Below are positions 45,560-58,222 of a stretch of 64,000 nucleotides of DNA, piece after piece. The stretch comes from Tubulanus polymorphus. Lineage: Eukaryota; Animalia; Nemertea. The stretch lies in NCBI RefSeq assembly GCF_964204645.1, contig NC_134028.1, positions 15,569,653 through 15,633,652 of the forward strand, given 5' to 3'. Position 1 is the first letter of the stretch, and the number at the start of each line of letters is the position of its first letter. A program made the translations under genes and the position numbers. The notes beneath the pieces are model-generated. The model was not told the DNA's origin. It searched no databases and saw nothing but the letters and a program-made list of their open reading frames with translations.

Positions 45560-46473
45560 AATCTCTTGAAGTCAAGAAGTGACAAAGAGAATTTACATCT
45601 TTGAATTCAGCTACATCAATGCTCTCGTCGTTCATTTCAATGCAGATGTTGTGTAGGATACACGCACACAAAATGCTGCCTATCATTAGTTTGAAGTCAG
45701 AAACGTCGAAGTTATCTTTCAATCTTCGGAATCATCTCTTCAACTGGACAAAAGCTCTTTCTATAGCCACTCTTGCTGAACTGAGTCAACGATTGAATGC
45801 TTTTTGGCTGTTGATCAAGTTCCCATAATCCTATAATATGGTGTGATCAGCCATGATTCGAGAGGATATGCTGAGTCTCCATGTAAAAAGTCGTCATCAA
45901 ATAATTCGTCTGAATTTCTGTAGATCATCGAATTGCGTGAGTAAACCTGAGAGGGTGTGATCGTAGATTCCTTGAAGAACCACCGAGTGGTATTTCTTTT
46001 GTTGATGTACGATGATGGATTCTTTCGTGGTGCTTTAATGGGTATATGGCATCCATCAACGCAACCAACTACGCCGGGAAATCTGCCCAAATTTCCGACA
46101 CCTGCCGATATTGCCCGTTTTCTTCGTTCATCTGGCCACCTTATATAGGCCTACAGATCCATCAAATTATTCTTCATGGCTGAGAAACAGAAGAAGCTGT
46201 TTATGGCTGTTCGTCGCATACCGAAATCTGTCGTAATATAGGCCTATTCTCAAACGTCGTTCTTTCTAAACGAAAATGTGACTTGAAATTGTCGAAAGAG
46301 TAGGACGGGACGGTTTCTTCAACGTAATTTTCTATTCGAGGCACCTTTGCCCAGCTGTCATTCAATAGGATCAGTGCATCACTGTTTGATAAAAGCCCGA
46401 AAGGTCTACGAGAATATTGTCTCAGAAACAGCAAAAGCGCCAGAATCGTTTTTTTCTTTCTAAAAGATGCCAT
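45560..46473 (-). pseudogene. Decayed Harbinger transposase
   Basis: FKSHFRLERTTFE; FPGVVGCVDGCHIPIKAP; GDSAYPLESWLITPY; SSARVAIERAF..LKR; ACILHNIC; broken by deletions and frameshifts. Confidence 0.85.
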
Positions 46474-46624
46474 GACACACCCGAGTAAATTCAATCCGAT
46501 TCGATTTACACCCTTACTAACAACCACAGAAGTTTATTTTATGGAAACCTGCAATATACTGCCAGATTTTTATCAATCTCAATCGATACAGACTGAGCGT
46601 GTCTCTTTCTGTACTCTAATGAAA

Positions 46625-47765
46625 CGGTGTTGTCATATCGCGGAAAGACAGAATCGCGGAATTTTCCAAAAACGAGGAATTTCTTCATTTTTACTTTAAA
46701 TAGTTAGTAAACGGGTTTTCCCACGGGGATACTAACTGTCGGACAGGGCACCGGACCGATCGATGCAACGACTTAGGTTCGAATCCCATTATTTGCAGGC
46801 AATTTTATATGGAATCATTATATTACGATACCGTTGACTGGCTGCCACCTGTAGAAGAAGTCAGAATCAAGTGAGGTGAAAGAGACCAGGCACCTAATGT
46901 CTATTTCTACTAGGAAAACTTCGGTTATCGAAGTTCATCGACTTTTTGAGAACTTCAGAAACGAATATTATCAAATAAATATTGAGCACGTTCGTGGTGT
47001 CGGACCGTAGTTGTAGATGGTTGCAAACATGAAATCCTACGACCAAACAAGTACCGGTTCAAATTCCTTTGAAATTATTATAATTTTACGGCTGTCCAGG
47101 TCTGGTACCAATAAGATTTTTGATCCAAATAATCAGCATAGGAACATATATGTTATAGCAGTCACAAAGTGAACATTAAAAAAACGAAACCATTTTATAA
47201 TCTTTCATATCATTTAATTCTAAAAGATAAACCACATTCTTCGCTTATAACAACAATGTAGACACACAACACGCATGAACAATCCTAAGCCAGAATGAAA
47301 TATACATAATGTCTATTTATTTTCGTCTGACATCGATCCAGTTCCACAGTTGTGAGTTACTTAGAATCAATTCATTTCCAATGTTTTAAATCCAGAGACC
47401 AGAGTCAAATCTTAACTCTGAAGTGAGTCCTTGAGAATGACCCATGGTGTCATCACAAATCCTACGTTTACGTACCATCGATTTGTATTCCTTCAGTTAA
47501 TGCAGCGATACTCTGTATCACTGAATTCGCAAAGCACGTATTGCCTAGGTTCTGCATTATTTGGAACAGTATCGTTAAGTTGTTGACTGGCGATATAATA
47601 AATTATCAAATACTAATTCCCGGTGTTGAAAACCTGGGTCCGGTGCCCTGTCCGATAGTGGGTATCCCCGTGGGAAAACCCGTATAGTATTTATAGTAAA
47701 AATGAAGAAATTCCGCGTTTTTGGAAAATTCCGCGATTCTGTCTTTCCGCGATATGACAACACCG
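46625..47765. mobile_element. Non-autonomous TIR element with 9-bp TSD (Mutator/MULE-like)
   Basis: TIRs of about 130 bp starting cggtgttgtcatatcgcggaaagacagaatcgcgg; CTAATGAAA at 46616-46624 and 47766-47774. Confidence 0.85.
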
Positions 47766-47835
47766 CTAATGAAAGTGACATAAATCTCTGAGCGATGAAA
47801 AATCTGGCCTCTGAGTGTTACCACATCGCGTTAGA

Positions 47836-49676
47836 AACTAGGGGTCTAGGGACACCATGCCCACTTGGGAAGTGGTTTCAAATGCTCAACAATTTAACAA
47901 TTTCAATACATAACGCCCCCTAGTGAACATATACAAAAAACCAATGACCTTGAAACCACAATCATAGTACATGTTAGCAGCTATGATTTTGTAATTGATT
48001 GTGATGACAAAATATGCCTCGTTACCAATTTAATATGGAAATACTAAGTTATTCTACTATTCAACGCCCGCTGGTGACCATATGATAAACCCAATGACAT
48101 TAAACCTCAATCGTAGTACAAACAGTAAAAAACAATTGTAGTACATGTCATGAAACACAACTTTGCAATTGATCATGGTAACAAAATATGCCTAGGTATC
48201 AATCTAATAAGGAAATACTAAGCTATTCTACTATTCAATGCCCCCTGGTGACTATAGGTATGGAATAACTAATGTCCTTAAAAACTCAACACAATCATTA
48301 TTGACGATGCCATGAACTACAACTTTGCAATTGATCATGGTAACAAAATATGCCTAGGTACCAATCTAATAAGGAAATACTAAGTTATTCTACTATTCAA
48401 CGCCCCCTGGTGACCATAAACAATAACTAATGTCCTTAATATGACTAAGTACCAATCTAATAAGGAAATACTAAGCTATTCTACTATTCAATGCCCCCTG
48501 GTGACTATAGGTATGGAATAACTAATGTCCTTAAAAACTCAACACAATCATTATTGACGATGCCATGAACTACAACTTTGCAATTGATCATGGTAACAAA
48601 ATATGCCTAGGTACCAATCTAATAAGGAAATACTAAGTTATTCTACTATTCAACGCCCCCTGGTGACCATATACTATAACTAATGTCCTTAATATGACTA
48701 AGTACCAATCTAATAAGGAAATACTAAGTCACTCTACTATTCAACGCCCCCTGGTGACTATATAGAATAACTAATGTCCTTAATATGCCTAGGTACCAAT
48801 CTAATAAGGAAATACTAAGTCATTCTACTATTCAACGCTCCCTGGTGACCATATACAATAACTTATGTCATTAAAAACTCACCAAAATCATGAAAGATGT
48901 CATGAGCTACAACTTTGCAATTGATTGTGGTAACAAAATATGCATAGGTACAAATATAATAGGCCTATAGAAATACTAATTTATTGTATTATTCAACGCC
49001 CGCTGGTGGCCACATACAAAAACCAATGACCTTAAAACTCACCCAAATCATAGAACACGTTATGGGCTACAACTTTCCAATTGAATATAGTAACACAATA
49101 TGCTTAGGTATCAATTTAATGTGGAAAAACTTTTTCCCACCTACGAATGAGTACTGATGACACCAAGATGGCCGCCAATTGTGTCATAATTGGCTGATCA
49201 AAAATACCTGTCTCAGGTATAAAACATCCCTTTCCAAAGAATACCCATCACCAATTGCAATGAGAAATGGCAAACCAGTAGGAAGCTACAGGACCTAGAA
49301 TTCTGGCCAAAATTGACATTTTTGGGCACTAAAAAGGTCATAAGACAGCCATCTTGAGTCAGATCGACCCAATTTTTCTTATGCTGATTGGCCCTTGGTA
49401 GATTCAAATATAAACTAAAGATCAAGGTAATTGATCCAAGCGTCTTTAAAATTTCCCTCAGAAACTTCGAAAATGTGTAAAAAGTGCTGATTTTGGCGAA
49501 CAACAATGGCTGCCAGTCGGCCATCTTGAATCTGACAGGGCCAGTTTTTGGGCTGAAGATGTGTCTAGGGTAGATAGGCCTACATGTATAAACCAAATTC
49601 CGTCTACCGACGCACGGACTGACGAAAAGTGAACGCAATAGCCCGCTGGGAATAAATTCCCAAGTGGGCTAAAAAA
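47836..49676 (-). mobile_element. Full-length Helentron-associated element (HINE) with internal tandem array
   Basis: Subterminal inverted repeats gcccacttggga (about 47860) and tcccaagtgggc (49658-49669), terminal hairpin plus CTAGT end, ACGG-like repeat, internal units of about 150 and 70 bp. Confidence 0.8.
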
Positions 49677-50030
49677 CAAGGGAGCCAACTCTCCATCAGA
49701 TCGGTCGATAGGTACGTCACTTCAACCGTTCGTAACTTCGTTATTGATAATCCAATCTGCTTCAAGTAAGACTATTCTGAAAGATAACAAATTTCTGCGT
49801 TAGACTGTGTGGTTTCAGAAAAATTTGAGTGCCTCTGAGATTGTTAAATCGTGCGATTAATCCGAAAAAAAACGGCAAAATCTGTCTGTACCGCACCAGC
49901 CTGGAAGTAAATATGACCATGATTTTTGAAAACAAACGATGCTTTTGACCAGAAATTTTGAACCAATTTTTACAAACGAGGACTTTTTGGAAAGATTGGA
50001 CCCTGAACTTACTTCTGAATATAATTATTT
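49676..50030. repeat. Interspersed repeat, inverted paralogue at about 53830-54213
   Basis: aacaagggagccaactctcc.tcagatcggtcgatagg... shared in opposite orientation. Confidence 0.75.
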
Positions 50031-50194
50031 CCGTTTTAATTGATAATCCTGTAAATAGGGAATATAAAACCGGGCCGAGATTGAAAACGGCTCCTCTCAT
50101 TACCACGGTCGCCGCATGGTGGCGCGTGCTCATGAGTACCGCACTCAATGCTATAATGCTGTTTTCTAATCACATTTTTGCGCATTTTAAGAAT

Positions 50195-50502
50195 AAATAT
50201 AGCTGCAAAGCAGCGATAACGGGTTTTCTGCTGTCTTAGAATCCTGTTCATCGGTGGATTTCGACAAAGCATTTGATAAGGCACAACATCAGCCATAACT
50301 AACTAAACAGGCTATTAGGAAACAGTATCAATGATAGGTCGCCCAAATGGCTCAGCAGTTATCTCTGAACGAAAACGTATAGCCAAAATCAACGGAACGC
50401 CTCATCTTGGAATAAGTCGGTCTAACTAGTGGAGTCACGCTAGGTAGTATCCTAAGTTGTCTACTGTTTAATGTCCTGACAAATGACATACACAGTAATC
50501 CA
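50195..50502. repeat. Interspersed repeat, inverted copy of 3957-4262
   Basis: Near-identical reverse complement. Confidence 0.85.
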
Positions 50503-51079
50503 AAATATACCGCAAATCAATTGTAACAAAGTATTGATGCGAATGACCTATTTAGTTCATCGACCATGTACCGAACACTATTATTGTGCCCCAGCATTTG
50601 GGGGTCATTCTACTTGAACCCCAACATTCAATATGTCCACCAGATTCTGGTGATGATTAAGTCATTTTAATTTTTCTGCCAACTTCATTTCTTCTTTCAT
50701 ATTCATTTAACATTAAACATCATTAAGTATGCGTCCCCTTATTGAAATTAGGTTAACTATCTCAATATATCGATGTAACTAGGAAGACCTCATTTTAAAA
50801 TGTCGTGATTTTTATGTCGACTTTTTCCGATATTGTCTCAATAAATTGCCATACGTATCACGACATTTTAGGTAAAGGAGTGATAATTATGTCGACGGTA
50901 CGCGGTTATGTTGAGATACAGACATCGACATTGGTGAAAGGCGTGATCCGTATAACGATTTATCGGGATATTAACACGATATATCGACTTAAATATGTCG
51001 ATAAATCGCGATATATCACGTTTGTTCGACATAATTTCGTCGTGGTAAAAGGTCGCGACGGTTTTGTACGGGTCCTATG

Positions 51080-52436
51080 TATACGGAAGTACGGAAGCGA
51101 TAAAGGGCCTCGAGTTGTCGCGTTCCAACTCGACAAAGTCGCCATATTTATGTCGACATATCGCGATATATTGCTTCAAGTCATCACGATATGTCGACAT
51201 ATTCATGTCGACTTGACGCGATATGTCTACATAAATATGACGAGTTGTCGAATTGGAACGCGACAACTCGAGGCCCTTTATCGCTTTTGACATATAAGCT
51301 TCTGTACATCTTTAGAAAAAGAAATAATATGTGATCTTTCATTAAGTAGGATCACTTGAATACGGAAGCGATAAGGGGCCTCGAGATGTCGCGTTCCAAC
51401 TCGACAAGTCGTCATATTTATGTCGATATATCGCCATATATCGTGTCAAGTCGACATGAATATGTCGACATATCGTGACGTTTTCACGACAAATTTCACT
51501 TTTTCGCCCATTTTTACGGAAGCGATAAAGGGCCTCGAGTTGTCGCGTTCAAACACAACAAGTCGCCATATTTATGTCGATATATCGCGATATATCGCGT
51601 CAAGTCGACATGAATATGTCGACATATCGTGACGTTTTCACGACAAATTTTGCTTTTTTGTCCATTTTCCACAGGACAAGCCGTCATTTAAAGACATGTC
51701 TAAATGTAAGATGAGGAATATGACGACTGAGTTGTTAGTCGTCACGAATATGTCGACTTGTCGCGAGGAAAGTGGTCGTGAAAACGAAATATGTCGTCAA
51801 AACGTCACGATATATCGACATATTCATGTTGACTCGACGCGATATAGCGCGGTATGTCGACATAAATATGGCGACTTGTCGAGTTGGAACGCGACATCTC
51901 GAGGCCCTTTATCGCTTCCGTACATTTTCCACGGGACAAGCCGTCATTTGAAGACATTTCTAAATGTAAAATGAGGACACCAGTAATATGACGACTGAGT
52001 TTCAAGTCATCATGTATATGTCGACTTGTCGCGAGGAAAGTGGTCGAGAAAACGAAATATGTCGTCAAAACGTCATGATATATCGACATATTCATGTCGA
52101 ATTGACGCGATATATCGTGGTATATCGACATAAATATGGCGACTTGTCGAGTTGGAACACGACATCTCGAGGCCCTTTATCGCTTCCGTACATTTTCCAC
52201 GGGGCAAGCGGTCATTTGAAGACATGTCTAAAAGTTAAATGAGGACACCAGTAATATGACGACTGAGTTTCAAGTCGTCATGAATATGTCGACTTGTCGC
52301 GAGGAAAGTGGTCGAGAAAATGAAATATGTCATCAAAACGTCACGATATATCGACATATTTATGTCGACTTGACGCGATATGTCGACATAATTATGGCGA
52401 TTTGTCCAGTTGGAACGCGACATCTCGAGGCCCCTT
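51080..52436. repeat. Cluster of direct and inverted TIR-like units (tacggaagcgataaagggcctcgag...), rich in tgtcgaca palindromes; about 270-bp tandem units
   Basis: Forward termini near 51090, 51361 and 51516; reverse termini near 51286, 51922, 52190 and 52433. Confidence 0.8.
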
Positions 52437-52918
52437 AATGAATTGTCGCGGGAGATAAAAGCAAAATAATGAATTGTCGCTGGCGATAAAACCAAAATAA
52501 TGAATTGTCGCTGGCGACAAAACCAAACTAATGAATTGTCGCGGGCAATAAAACCAAAATAATGAATTGCCACGGGCGATAAAACCAAAATATTGATTTA
52601 TCGCGGGCGACAGAACCAAAATAATGAATTGTCGCGGGCAATAAAACCAAAATAATGAATTATCGCGAACGATAAAACCAAAATATTGAATTGTCGCAGG
52701 CGACAAAAACAAAATATTGAATTGCTGCGGGCGACAAAACCAAAATTATTGATTTGTCGCGTTATTTTAGTTTTTCGTTTGTCGTAATGTCGCCCTCATT
52801 TGCATATTCATGTTTTTTTTACGCATGGCCCTTATCAGCCACCATACTAAAGCCTTAAGGTCGCGTAAAATACTTCAAGCGACACAGCGAATGATCTCCT
52901 TTCCCCCACAGCGAACGC
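52437..52918. repeat. Second 31-bp minisatellite array with the same 3' flank as 2981-3149
   Basis: About 10 units, then ...cgcatggcccttatcagccacca.actaaagccttaaggtcgcg...cagcgaacgc. Confidence 0.9.
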
Positions 52919-52974
52919 ATACTCCAAATGTCAAGTGTGAGTCCAGCATACGGATAGGATTGTGTTATATAGGC

Positions 52975-53616
52975 CTACTTGTATTTAGTAAATACCTTGT
53001 GGATTTGACAATGATCGGTATGTACTGTAGGAAATATAGAGTATTGATGGTATTGAAATAGAGGTTGAAGCCCGCGGCCGAATAAAGTAATATATTGATC
53101 CCCGGAACAACGATGTAGTGACACACGTCGATTCGTCGATGTTTACGGCTCGAAATTGCTTTTAAAATCTAAAGTAGTAAATTTCCAGTGTATCGGTAAT
53201 ATGATTTGATGAGGAAAATGGGCTATTGTTAGAATTACTGTTTGAAAACCGCGGCTAAATGAGAAGTCTGCGGCAATAAATTAGTTCATTTATACTTGAA
53301 TTGATAATCAAAGTGACAATCGGCCTGCGGTATGATTTCGGGATGACGACTCGAAAAACATGTCGCCCCATTGAATGGGGCTAAATTTTCGGTGTTTACG
53401 GCCCGACAGTGCTTTTGTAACAATGATTCGTGAAAAAACGCGCGGAGTATTTGTAGATCTCAGTGAGCTGAACGATATCATACGGATTGTATCGAGAACA
53501 GCGGCAAGGTAACAAAGCCTTAGTTCTTTTAGTGAAAATAGTGTGACATAAAATAATAATAAGAAGAAACACGCGAATCTCAATAGGGTTTTCTGTGATG
53601 TAACAGAAAACCCTAA
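52975..53616. mobile_element. HINE-like element, paralogue of 4600-5492
   Basis: Colinear similarity and the same terminal hairpin. Confidence 0.7.
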
Positions 53617-54460
53617 CTACAACGCGCAACAAATATTCTTAGATTAATTACATAAATGTAATATATTATGTCCAATTTGCGATGTGTTTCCGCGTCACAA
53701 GTTTTTAATTTGAATTCTCGACTTTCGTATTAAGCTCAGAGCTATGATTAATGGCTGCCATGTCGCAATTTTGAAACCCGTTTTCGATCTCGGTCAAATT
53801 TTGAGTTTGCTACGGACAGGATTATCATTTTAATCAGAAATAAATATGCAGAGGTAAGATCCGAGTCTAAGCTTTCCAAAAACCCCTCATTTGTAAAAAT
53901 CGGTTCAGAATTTCTGGTCGAAAGCGCCGTTTGTATTAAAAAATCGGTCATATTTACTTCCAGGCTGGTGCGGTACAGACGGATTTGCTGATTTTTTTGG
54001 ATTTATCGAACGATTTAACAATCTCAAAGACAAAGGCACTCAAATCTTTCTCAAACCACCCAGTCTAACGCAGAAATTCGTTATCTTTAAGAATTTAATC
54101 TTACTTGAAGGGGATTGGCCGCCTAGGCCTATCCAATAAGCTATAACGAAGTTACGAATTGTTGAAGTGACATACCTATCGACCGATCTGACGGAGAGTT
54201 GGCTCCCTTGTTTTTGTATATATAGTAGGCCTACCTAGGATACTGGGGTCAAAAGAGCGTCTATTTTACCCCTTAAAACACCATCAACTTACCTCAAACT
54301 GACTGTTCTGTAATCAGATGGAAGTTAACTATTGTTTGTGCATAAATTTGTAATCCTAAGTAGCTTTTGACGATCGTAGTAGCTCAAAACTTTTGACTAG
54401 TCACCTCAAAAAACCGTTGACAGGAGTTAACCTCTATATGATACTTTAGCGTCAGACTCG

Positions 54461-54666
54461 CTTAAGTCCAGTTGAATGAGAGAGAAAATCCTCCATTTTG
54501 TCAAATTTCTTGGATTTGAACATTGTTACCATGCCAACGCCACCCTGATTTAGTTGTTGAGACCCCACAAGAAAAATAACTTCATTTCGTAGGCATGGTG
54601 ACAATGTAAAAATTCAAGAAATTTGACAAAATGGAGGATTTTCTCTCTCATTCAACTGGACTTAAG
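54461..54666. mobile_element. Palindromic MITE (about 205 bp)
   Basis: Near-perfect inverted arms of about 78 bp, cttaagtccagttgaatgagagagaaaatcctccattttgtcaaatttcttg. Confidence 0.85.
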
Positions 54667-55367
54667 GAGTCTTTTTGCCAATCCATCTAATTGGTACAGA
54701 ACTGGAAATATATCGGATATTCAGTTGTTGTCCGCGATTTTTGGCATTCTGTTAAGACATAAATGAGGTATGTACCCCAAAAATTAAGCAAAATATCCCA
54801 GAAAAACAGGTCTCATCAATTAATAAATAGACATTAGGCCTAATAGGCTAGGCCTATTTCCAGTCAAAAAAAGTCTCCAAGTGTGTTCAAAACAGCCACG
54901 CCTAGAGGCATTACACTGATCTTAGATGTGATTTTGTACATATTTAAAGGAATAATTTTACCTTTAGTTAAAGAACTTTTAGTAAAATAACAGCAATATG
55001 AATGTGCGGTAACGGTAACCCTTGCTGATGCCCTTGACCTAGAGATAAGATGGCACCACCAGCAAGCGTGTTATTCTAAAGGATTTGCAGATCTACTTTG
55101 AACAATTCAATCCAACTCAAACTTAATTGATCCATTGACACTATAGGGGAAAAGGGAATTTATACTACGCGGGCACAGAGAATCCGCACCGGTGTCGTAT
55201 TGCGACTGGCGGGAAAGTCTTAAGTTTAGATAGGCCAATGAAAACTCCGGTTACTGAACTAATGTCTATTTCAACCTGACTTGAGAGCATTCCAAGTGGC
55301 CTAGCTCGCTCATTTTTAGTAGTACATACCTGATAAAGGTCTTAGGTCAAACATCCTATCCAAGACC

Positions 55368-55630
55368 ATAACAAATCTTAACTATGCAGATGATATTGTT
55401 ATCCTCCCCTGCACTAAAGAGGGCCTACCGCTAAACCTTAAACAACTAGCTGAATACTGTAAAAAATGGGGGCTCTCCGTGAACGCTGAAAAATCTAATA
55501 TTGTAATATTCAGTAAAAGATGTAACAATAACAAACAAAACGTAAATTTTACTAAAACGATAAACGAATTAAATGTGTTAATAGCTGTAACTACCTAGGC
55601 TTCAATTTAACAAGTAATGGAAAACTAGAC
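55368..55630 (+). pseudogene. Non-LTR retrotransposon reverse transcriptase fragment
   Basis: Hand translation ITNLNYADDIVIL...LKQLAEYCKKWGLSVNAEKSNIVIF...YLG; not in the ORF track. Confidence 0.8.
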
Positions 55631-56559
55631 CTATTACAGAGTACTGTCACAACCCAAGTGGCAATCACCCCGTATTCAAACTATTATAAATTGAAGATTT
55701 CAAAGGTGGCACGATGATTTGTTTGCGTCATCATCGTTCTCTCCAGGAAAAGAAGAAAAATAGTTCATGTGAAGTAGAAGATTAAGAAATTGTATAAACG
55801 GAAGCCAAATCATTCATTACGAGCGGGTGGATCCGATTGTTTTTTGAATTTTTGCTACGCTGGGTGGCCCCGCAACCGCCAATTCGTTCGTTGGAATTAA
55901 TACAATTTATATCTCCCAGTTATGATGTGATTGGGATTTTGAAAAATCAATCTTCTGAGAATAGAATGGTACCGGTATTAGTAGTACGTATTTAAAGTTA
56001 AAGTATCACGTAGTAATAGACTGCTTAGAGGGTGGATGCCGATATCCTCGTTAGTAAGCCTGTACCATGAAGTTCGTTATTGGGTTATCATAAAGCCGTT
56101 CTTCTAAATAATCCAGACGGTAAATATGGACCGAACCTCAACTGCATATTAAAACACAACAAGGTGACAACTGCAGTCCTTGGTATGCCGATGTGATGAA
56201 TAAATTCGACGATCATACAAACATTTCGGGGACAAAAATTATCAGCGGTCAGATAATTTCCTAGAATTGGCATTTAAGTCCAACTTTCCCTAGTTGAATA
56301 GCTCACAGACTTGGAATCATACCGGAAATAGCAATAGTGGAATTTATTCCTATTTCACTCGGAATAAACCGAGGAAAGATTTTGGCGTACGATGGCGATC
56401 AAGATAACTTTTGAAATCTAAGAATAGTTGATTCCTAGTCTTAGTTTCGTCAAGCGACTCCCTTTTGTTAAAATGTAATCATTCCTAGCTCACAAACGAT
56501 ATAAACCTCGAAAATCACTAACTATAATGATTCTAGATCTCGAGTCGGAAGTTACCAAT

Positions 56560-57332
56560 AATCCCTTAATGTGAAATTAAACTAGTGATGTCCAGCTCAG
56601 AGACTAGAAATTTACACAAACACTCGTGAAAAAAGGGCGATGATTAACTCAGAAACTCAGAATGTACCTAACAAAATCACTTTTGAAATTAAAAGGGCAA
56701 TGATATCAGCTCACAGTAACTCAGAATTTACCTAAAAAAAACAGTTGTGAAATTAAAAAAAAGATGATTTCAGCTCAGAAACTCAGATTTTACCTAAATC
56801 ACTTGTGAAATGCGACGATTTCACTTCAGAAATGTAGCGTTGTGACATCGCTCTCTTGATAAGAATCCATTGTTGTTCTGGTGAGTTGTGTGTGATCCCG
56901 GTTGTCACTGCGAAATTAAAAGGGCGATCATTTCGGCTCAGAAACTCGGAATTTACCTATAAGTCGCTTGCGAAATTAAAAGGGCGATCATTTCGGCTCA
57001 GAAACTCGAAATTTACCTAAAAGTCGCTTGCGAAATTAAAAGGGCGATCATTTCAGCTCAGAAACAGGAATTTACCTAAAAAGTCGCTTGCGAAATTAAA
57101 AGGGCGATCATTTCGGCTCAGAAACTCGGAATTTACCTAAAAGTCGCTTGCGAAATTAAAGGGCGATGATTTCGGCTCAAAAACTCGGAAAAAACCTAAA
57201 AAGTCACTTGCGAAATTAAAAGGGCGATAATTTCAGGTCAGAAACTCGGAACTACGAAGTCACTTCCGAAATTAAAAGAGCGATCATTTCAGGTCAGAAA
57301 CTCGGAATTTACCTAAAAAGTCACTTGCGAAA
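56560..57332. repeat. 60-bp tandem repeat (gcgaaattaaaagggcgatcatttcggctcagaaactcggaatttacctaaaagtcgctt)
   Basis: About 7 clean copies at 56910-57332, with degenerate copies upstream. Confidence 0.9.
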
Positions 57333-58222
57333 CCCGAAATATTTCAGTGTTTTTAATCATTTCTTGTAGATATGGATTAAATTTTTCCGTTTACAGAAAT
57401 TAATTGGAAGTCGTATAGTTTTTGGAAACGGCTGGAAATCGGAATTTTTCGAAGTCGAAGGATTTGTCTTGGTCCCAAAAGATCCAACTTACGCAAGGCT
57501 TTTAAACTTCGGATAAACCGTCGAAATCACGTTTAGTTATTCATAGCTCAGTGCACTACATGTAATATTATGATTGAAACAATAAAAATAAATTCATGCT
57601 TCAAAATATTTCGTATTGGTGCTTACGTCGAGTACTTTACTTCAGTAATTATCATTAAATGATATGATAGAATGCCAGAAAAATGTATTTGTAGGGCTGA
57701 ACAGGTCATTCGTTGGGCTCTGCATCAAAGATCTGGTCTGCAGCAGCGATGCGGGGCTTCGAGATATTGCATTAGAAGCCTTGTGTGAAGGAATATGTCC
57801 ATCAGTCGTTTTCTATGTTGTAACTGGCGGGTGCTGCCCTCTCTCTCTCGAAAATACAGAACAATAGGTGATTGTGTTAATATCTTTTGTCCGCCTTTTT
57901 ACTGGTTTTTGGGCTCTCAGAGTCTATATTTGGTGGAAACTTCTACTGTGGAACAGGCAGAATAGGACCTCGTTACATCTGGTGGCAGCGTAGTGGGATT
58001 TGATTGTGAAAAAACCAGTTGAAATTGAGTTGAAGCGGTGAACACGTTTTTCTCCGTTTAGTCTGTGTAAATTACGGTTACTTTTTGTGTGTACTTTACG
58101 TATTTTTTTTTACCTACTTCGTAATTCCTAGTACATATTTAGTATTATTTAAGTGCCTGTTTCCCCTAAATTTATTTGCGGTCCTGTATTTTCTGTGTCA
58201 TTTATATAAAAGAATAGTAATT

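Noticed and set aside
50805-52712. Cluster of 60-160 aa ORFs
   Set aside because: Translations of palindromic and tandem repeats with no recognisable domain.
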